Assembly (NCBI GenBank): GCA_964016885.1
Contig: OZ024743.1
Span: forward strand, 91,822,001 to 91,886,000
Direction of reading: 5' to 3'
Origin: Eledone cirrhosa
Taxonomy: Eukaryota
DNA: 64,000 nt
The first letter of the stretch is position 1; every line of letters begins with the position of its first letter. The notes under the pieces were generated by a model that worked only from the letters and a program-made list of their open reading frames with translations, made no database searches and was not told the DNA's origin. Positions 58,611 through 64,000 of this stretch are shown piece by piece. A program made the translations under genes and the position numbers.

Positions 58611-61600
58611 ATGGCTGTGTTGAGAGGTTGTCTAAATGCGCGTGGCCTGGGCTCACCTTGGAAGCAAGCAATGCTTCTAAATGACATAAGGTCACGATGT
58701 ATAAATGTGATGGTTATTTGCGAGGCCCGGATCAGCAGCGTACGACAGCTGGCCCCCACCTTTAATGACTTTGAGATGCACGCATCTCTGTGTCAGCCCG
58801 GAGGTGGGGGGGGGGGGTTGTCGTTCTGCTGCAAAAACATCTGGGTCTTGCTACACAGACGGTACACTTGGACCCGGAGGGTCGACTAGTGGTTCTGGAC
58901 ATTGGCAGTGGTGAAGGCGGAGTTTTTAGGCTGGTCGCCGTCTACGGCCCTTTTGGGTCAACGCGGCCGGACTTCTTCCATCGTCTGGAGACTTTTCTAG
59001 GGATGTCCCGTTCCTTGCTTTTAGTGGGGGACTGGAATGGTATCCTAGATGCACGTTGGGACTATGTAGGGGCATGTCCTGATAGAGGGGTTGTAACAGC
59101 CTCAAGGAGTTAATCGGCCGATTCGACCTGGCCGATAGATATCGACTAGATTTTCCGACTGTGCCAACCTGGACTTGGAGAAACCATAGCGGTCAATCTA
59201 GATCGTACCTAGATAGATTCTTAGTTAGAAATAAGGATAGGGACTTTTTAAGTTGTCCAAAAATGCTCATGGTTGGCTATTCAGACCACAAGTTAGTGAC
59301 CTCCGTGGTCAACCTTGATAGAACGCATAGACAGGGACCCGGTTACTGGAACCTCAACTTGTCCTTACCGGCAAGTAAAGCTTACAGGAACCGGATTAGT
59401 ACATTAGTTAAGGTTGACGGGCGCCATCGTCAACAGCAGGTGGTGGGGCTCTCTCAAAAGAGAGATTAGAGTAGCTTCAATAGGAGTTAGTAAGGAGTTA
59501 GCCTCAGATAGAAATAGGAAGGAAAGGGAGTTGGTAGATAGTGTAGAAGAGGCAATTAGAAGCGGCGACGTAGCCAGAGTGCTAGCGTCGAGAACGGCCT
59601 TGGGCCAGTTCTTCGACGCGAAACACGAAAGCAGCGTTGTCCGAAGCAAAATACGTGCTCTGGGAAACGAGGGGACCAAAGCTGTTAGCTGGGCCCGCGT
59701 GACAGAAGCCAAAAGTGGGACTAGATCCACTATCCGGTCTTTGCGAGACCAGGATGTACGGGTGACCCTTGAACCTAAGCAAATGTGCGAGGCCTTTCAA
59801 AGGCACTTTGCCCGATTGTTCGGAAGGGACGAGGGGCCGGGTGGGGATGTGGACCTCGTTCCATACCTCGACGGCCTGCCGCGTCTTTCGGACGAGGAGG
59901 CGAAGTCCTGCGAGAGGCCGATCTCAGCTGTTGAAATAACTAATTTTAGGCCCATAACACTTCTAAATGCAGAGTTAAAGATTTTGGCCAAGGTGTTAGC
60001 AAAGAGGTTGGCGCTTGTCGTGGGCAACCTGGTGGGAGATGCGCAGACATGCGCCATCCCGTCCAGGTCCATTCACGACAACCTCCATCTCATGCGATAC
60101 ATCATAGAGAGGGTTGGGAACGAACCCGGCTTTGGTGGGGCCCTGATCAACTTGGATTAATCTAAGGCGTTCGATAGGGTCGACCATCGTTACCTGGATG
60201 CGGTGCTAGTGGCGGCAGGTTTCGGACCCGTTTTCAGGGGCTGGATCACTGCCATGCACAGCAGCCGCATCTGCTCGAGGATCAAGGTGAACGGCTACCT
60301 CTCGGAGCCGTTCGAAATCACGCGGTCCATCCGACAGGGAAGCCCTCTCTCCTCCCTTCTGTATGTATTGGCCCTAGAGCCACTGCTGCGGAAGTTGGAG
60401 TTGTTACAGGGCATCCCTTTGGAACCGGGATTGCGGAAAGCGGTGTCGGCCTACGCCGATGATGTGACAGTAATGGTGTCAACCGCCTCGGAAATCGGCG
60501 TGATCGGCACCTTACTGGAGGAATACGAAACGTTTACAGGGGCTAAGCTGAACCGGGACAAGTCAGTCGGTTTGCAACTCGGCGAGTGGAGGGGAAAATC
60601 GATGGCCTCCAACGGCGTCGTCGGACGTTGGACGGAGGGTCCGGTGAAGTTGCTCGGGGTCTGGTTCGGGCTAGACCTCCAGGTGGAGAAGAACTAGGGT
60701 GAGGTTTTCGAACAGTGTGTTTGCGCTGACGCGGAAGTAGGCTGAGTGCAAACTATCCCTGAAAGGTTGAGCGGAGGTGGCGAACGCTTATATAACGTCC
60801 GTCATCTATTACCGCCTGACCGTCGTGCCTTGCCCAAGGGAAACGCTCACCAAAATGGAGCGCACTCTTCCAATTCCTTTGGAAGAAGCGGGCTCCTTTG
60901 GTGAGGAGATCCATCTGCTGTCAACACCCTTCGAAAGGCGAGCTGGGGATGCCGTGGCTGTTGATGCGTAAACATGCATTAAGGCTACGGCACCTCCAGG
61001 TATTCCTCACCGGTCAACCGGTGTGGGCCCCGTTTGTGAGGCGAGCCTTTCCGAGACTCGTCTCGCTCACCGAGCTGCAGTCCTGGGTGAAGCAAAGACC
61101 GAGAAAACTGGGCGCCTGGCACACCGAGTGTGCCCAGGCGGTCACGGCTCTCTGGCAGGCGGACCCGGCTATCGGTGGAGACTCCACCTCGTCATTCTAT
61201 AGAGGGCTGGTGGTTAGTAGGTGCGACGACGCCCTTGGACAAGCCCTAGGCATGGAGGAAGACGAACTGGCCAGCCTATTCGGGAGGACATTTGGCCCGG
61301 GACCTATGGACAAATTCCAGAAGTCCCTGGCTGGCAGTGCTATCGAAGGGCGCTGCCCGTTCGAGAAAAGCTCTACAGACACGGGTGCCTGGGTAGGGAC
61401 CCCTCGAAAAAAATCTGTCCCAGATGCCTGAGCGACGAGGAAACTGTTGCGCACGCATTGGTACACTGCTCGGGCGATGCCGATCTGTGGGGCTATGTCG
61501 AACGACTGCTGTCACGAGTGGGACCAATCCGGTTGACCACTAAGTCCATTGTAACGATCAAGCCCCCCCCCCCTTCAAAAATGAAGGAGAGGCGGTCTTC

Positions 61601-61831
61601 CTCTGTGTAATAGCCATGGTGAAAGAGGTGGTATGGTGGACACGTTTGAAAGGGCTGAGGTCGGACACCTTTCTCTCCGGCCAACAACTGGTCCTTTTCT
61701 TTAAATGCCATTTTAAGAGAAGGATCAGAATGGAGAGAGAGGTGCTGTACCCCAGCAAGTTTTATGAAGGGTGGGTGAAAGTAGCGAGAATGGCCCGTGT
61801 GAATGGGCCCTCTCTCTTTATCAGCCTGTAG
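58611..61831 (+). pseudogene. LINE ORF2 (APE endonuclease, RT, zinc finger), disrupted
   Basis: CLNARGL, VYGP, LLVGDWN, TWTW..SYLDRF, SDH, YADD, CPRC..ETVAH..C; ~210-bp deletion near 59938 relative to copy A. Confidence 0.9.
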
Positions 61832-62090
61832 GTGGAAAGGTGGAAGTTCAAAGGAGCACCCCCCTCTCTGCGCTCCTAAAGAAAAGGGTTGCACACTTTT
61901 TCGGTGGTGTGTGTAACCCCCAAAACGCCTCCTCCCTATCGCGGACTGTATTGTTAATTTTATATTTGTTATTTGTTTTTTACTCGTTCCTTTATGTAAA
62001 CTCCCCCCCCCCCCTTGTATTTGTCCCTTTCATGTGTGCCCTCGTGGCAAATAAATAGAAATCTATCTATCTATCTATCTATCTATCTAT

Positions 62091-62195
62091 TTTAAATTCC
62101 ATCTGTGATAACATTTTACACGTTTTTATTGTATGTAAACTTCCCCCTTTGTATTTGTCCCCTTCTTTTGTGCCCCTGTGGCTAATAAAGAAATA
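62091..62195 (+). mobile_element. Short Tx1 3'-end insertion in (ATCT)n
   Basis: TGTATTTGTCCCCTTCTTTTGTGCCCCTGTGGCTAATAAAGAAA lies between ATCT tracts. Confidence 0.85.
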
Positions 62196-62232
<37 letters not shown>

Positions 62233-62585
62233 CTCTATCTATCTATCTATCTCTATATATATATATCTGCCTGTCTGTCTGTCTATCTATCTACCTAGAT
62301 CTAGACCTCCCCTCTCATTACGTGACTCAATTTCTCTTTGCATGCCCCACCCCCTCTATCATTATCTAACACACCCTCTCTACACACAGCCCCTTTTATC
62401 CTCTCTCTTACACACCATTCCTCTGTTGATCTACCTTCACCCCCACCCACCACATGCTACTATTGTTCTTATTCTTTCGTTGCTTCCCCCACCCCTCTTT
62501 AACATTCTCTTTTCTCAATTTTCCCTTTCTCTCTACCCCAATTTTTTCAATATCTCCTTCCTTTACTAAATCTCTCTCTCTCTCT

Positions 62586-62638
<53 letters not shown>

Positions 62639-62671
62639 TTTCATTTAAGTCTCTCGCACGCTACCAATCAA

Positions 62672-62770
<99 letters not shown>

Positions 62771-62795
62771 ATATATATATATATGTATATATATG

Positions 62796-62906
<111 letters not shown>

Positions 62907-62951
62907 TTGTATATATATATTTGTATATATATATATGTATATATATATATG

Positions 62952-63028
<77 letters not shown>

Positions 63029-63110
63029 ACTAGAAATTGATTGACATATATATATAAAATAAACACATGAAACAATTACAGGGGATAATTTAATTTAACT
63101 AAATTTATTT

Positions 63111-63169
<59 letters not shown>

Positions 63170-63216
63170 CTATCCGTTTATCTATTTATCCTTCTATCTA
63201 TGTATCTATCTATCTA

Positions 63217-63292
63217 AGATTTTATGTGAAACCCCCGCCGTCACGTCTTGTAATGTCCCATTTTTGTACGCCCCTGTGGCAAATAAAGAAAT
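63217..63292 (+). mobile_element. Short Tx1 3'-end insertion in (ATCT)n
   Basis: Ends GCCCCTGTGGCAAATAAAGAAA; ATCT tracts on both sides. Confidence 0.82.
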
Positions 63293-63296
63293 CTAT

Positions 63297-63332
<36 letters not shown>

Positions 63333-63565
63333 AATAATCTAGCTGTCGTCTGTTCTACAGTGTGGATGTCATTCACTTCGCACAGAAGTTTTGTTCAAAT
63401 TTATTGAGGAAATTTTGTGAGTTCAAACTTAATTTTGATACAATTGTGTAGCTTGACCCTCCGTCTGAACTGTCAGGCGGTGGGTCAGCTCATCTTTACC
63501 CCTCCTAGAGGTGAAAAACCTGTTTTAAAAAATTTTGTGTAAAAAATTTCAATCGTCTAACAGAA

Positions 63566-64000
63566 ATGTTAAACGCAGCGAACGAAAATAGTGGTGGGGG
63601 GACAGCGGTAAGAGTTGTAAGCTCGCACGCTTTAGTCCTCCCTTCCTTCCCAACTAACGTCATAGAGAAGGAAGGAAAAATGAAAATAAAAACGGACGAA
63701 TCTGCGGAGGAAAAAAAATTAAATGACGAAAACAACGAAAAAAAAAAATTTGAAAAATTGCATGACAATACTAATAACACAAACAAAGACACAACAAACA
63801 AAAAAATAACAGTTGAAAATAACATAATATCAGAAAACAAAGCAGACGACAAGATTTCTTTTGCACAGAAAACAAAGAAATCTTTGACTTATATAGCGGA
63901 AAACATTTCAGATGTGGTACGAAGGATCACGGACGCAAAACAATACATAAGTGAAGGTGAGAATGGTATTTTATTGGTAAAAATGCCTCAAGAATTCACG
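63566..64000 (+). CDS. Open 5' part of ORF1 of a third Tx1-type LINE, running off the window
   Basis: 145 open codons; YIAENISDVVRRITDAKQYISEGENGILLVKMPQEF aligns to copy B YEPIDISNLAQQMENARKYITLEENGLFSLNSPPEL. Confidence 0.8.
   Translation, partial: MLNAANENSGGGTAVRVVSSHALVLPSFPTNVIEKEGKMKIKTDESAEEKKLNDENNEKKKFEKLHDNTNNTNKDTTNKKITVENNIISENKADDKISFAQKTKKSLTYIAENISDVVRRITDAKQYISEGENGILLVKMPQEFT

Larger units (their letters stand above)
56530..62060 (+). mobile_element. Tx1/L1-type LINE copy B, near full length, degraded
   Basis: ORF1 with zinc knuckle; ORF2 with APE, RT and zinc finger; 3' AATAAA followed by (ATCT)n. Confidence 0.92.

Overview
Eukaryotic, AT-rich, microsatellite-saturated DNA with no recognisable host gene. 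The SINE family and (TA)n/(CA)n load suggest an octopus/cephalopod genome (inference). Almost every ORF-track entry is a microsatellite artefact. The real coding remnants are all transposon-derived: Penelope-like elements (PLE), RTE and CR1-like LINE fragments, an R4-like RLE LINE, mariner and hAT remnants, Helitron ends, and a head-to-tail array of Tx1/L1-type LINEs at 53.5-64 kb. Two patterns stand out. (1) At least seven unrelated non-coding elements each carry a hand-foldable type I hammerhead ribozyme (HHR). One is a 650-bp unit starting exactly at the cleavage site, and several copies are truncated or folded back at the stem II/GAAA boundary. (2) Every Tx1-type LINE junction lies in or next to (ATCT)n, suggesting microsatellite-targeted integration. 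All folds and alignments were done by eye; no database search was run.
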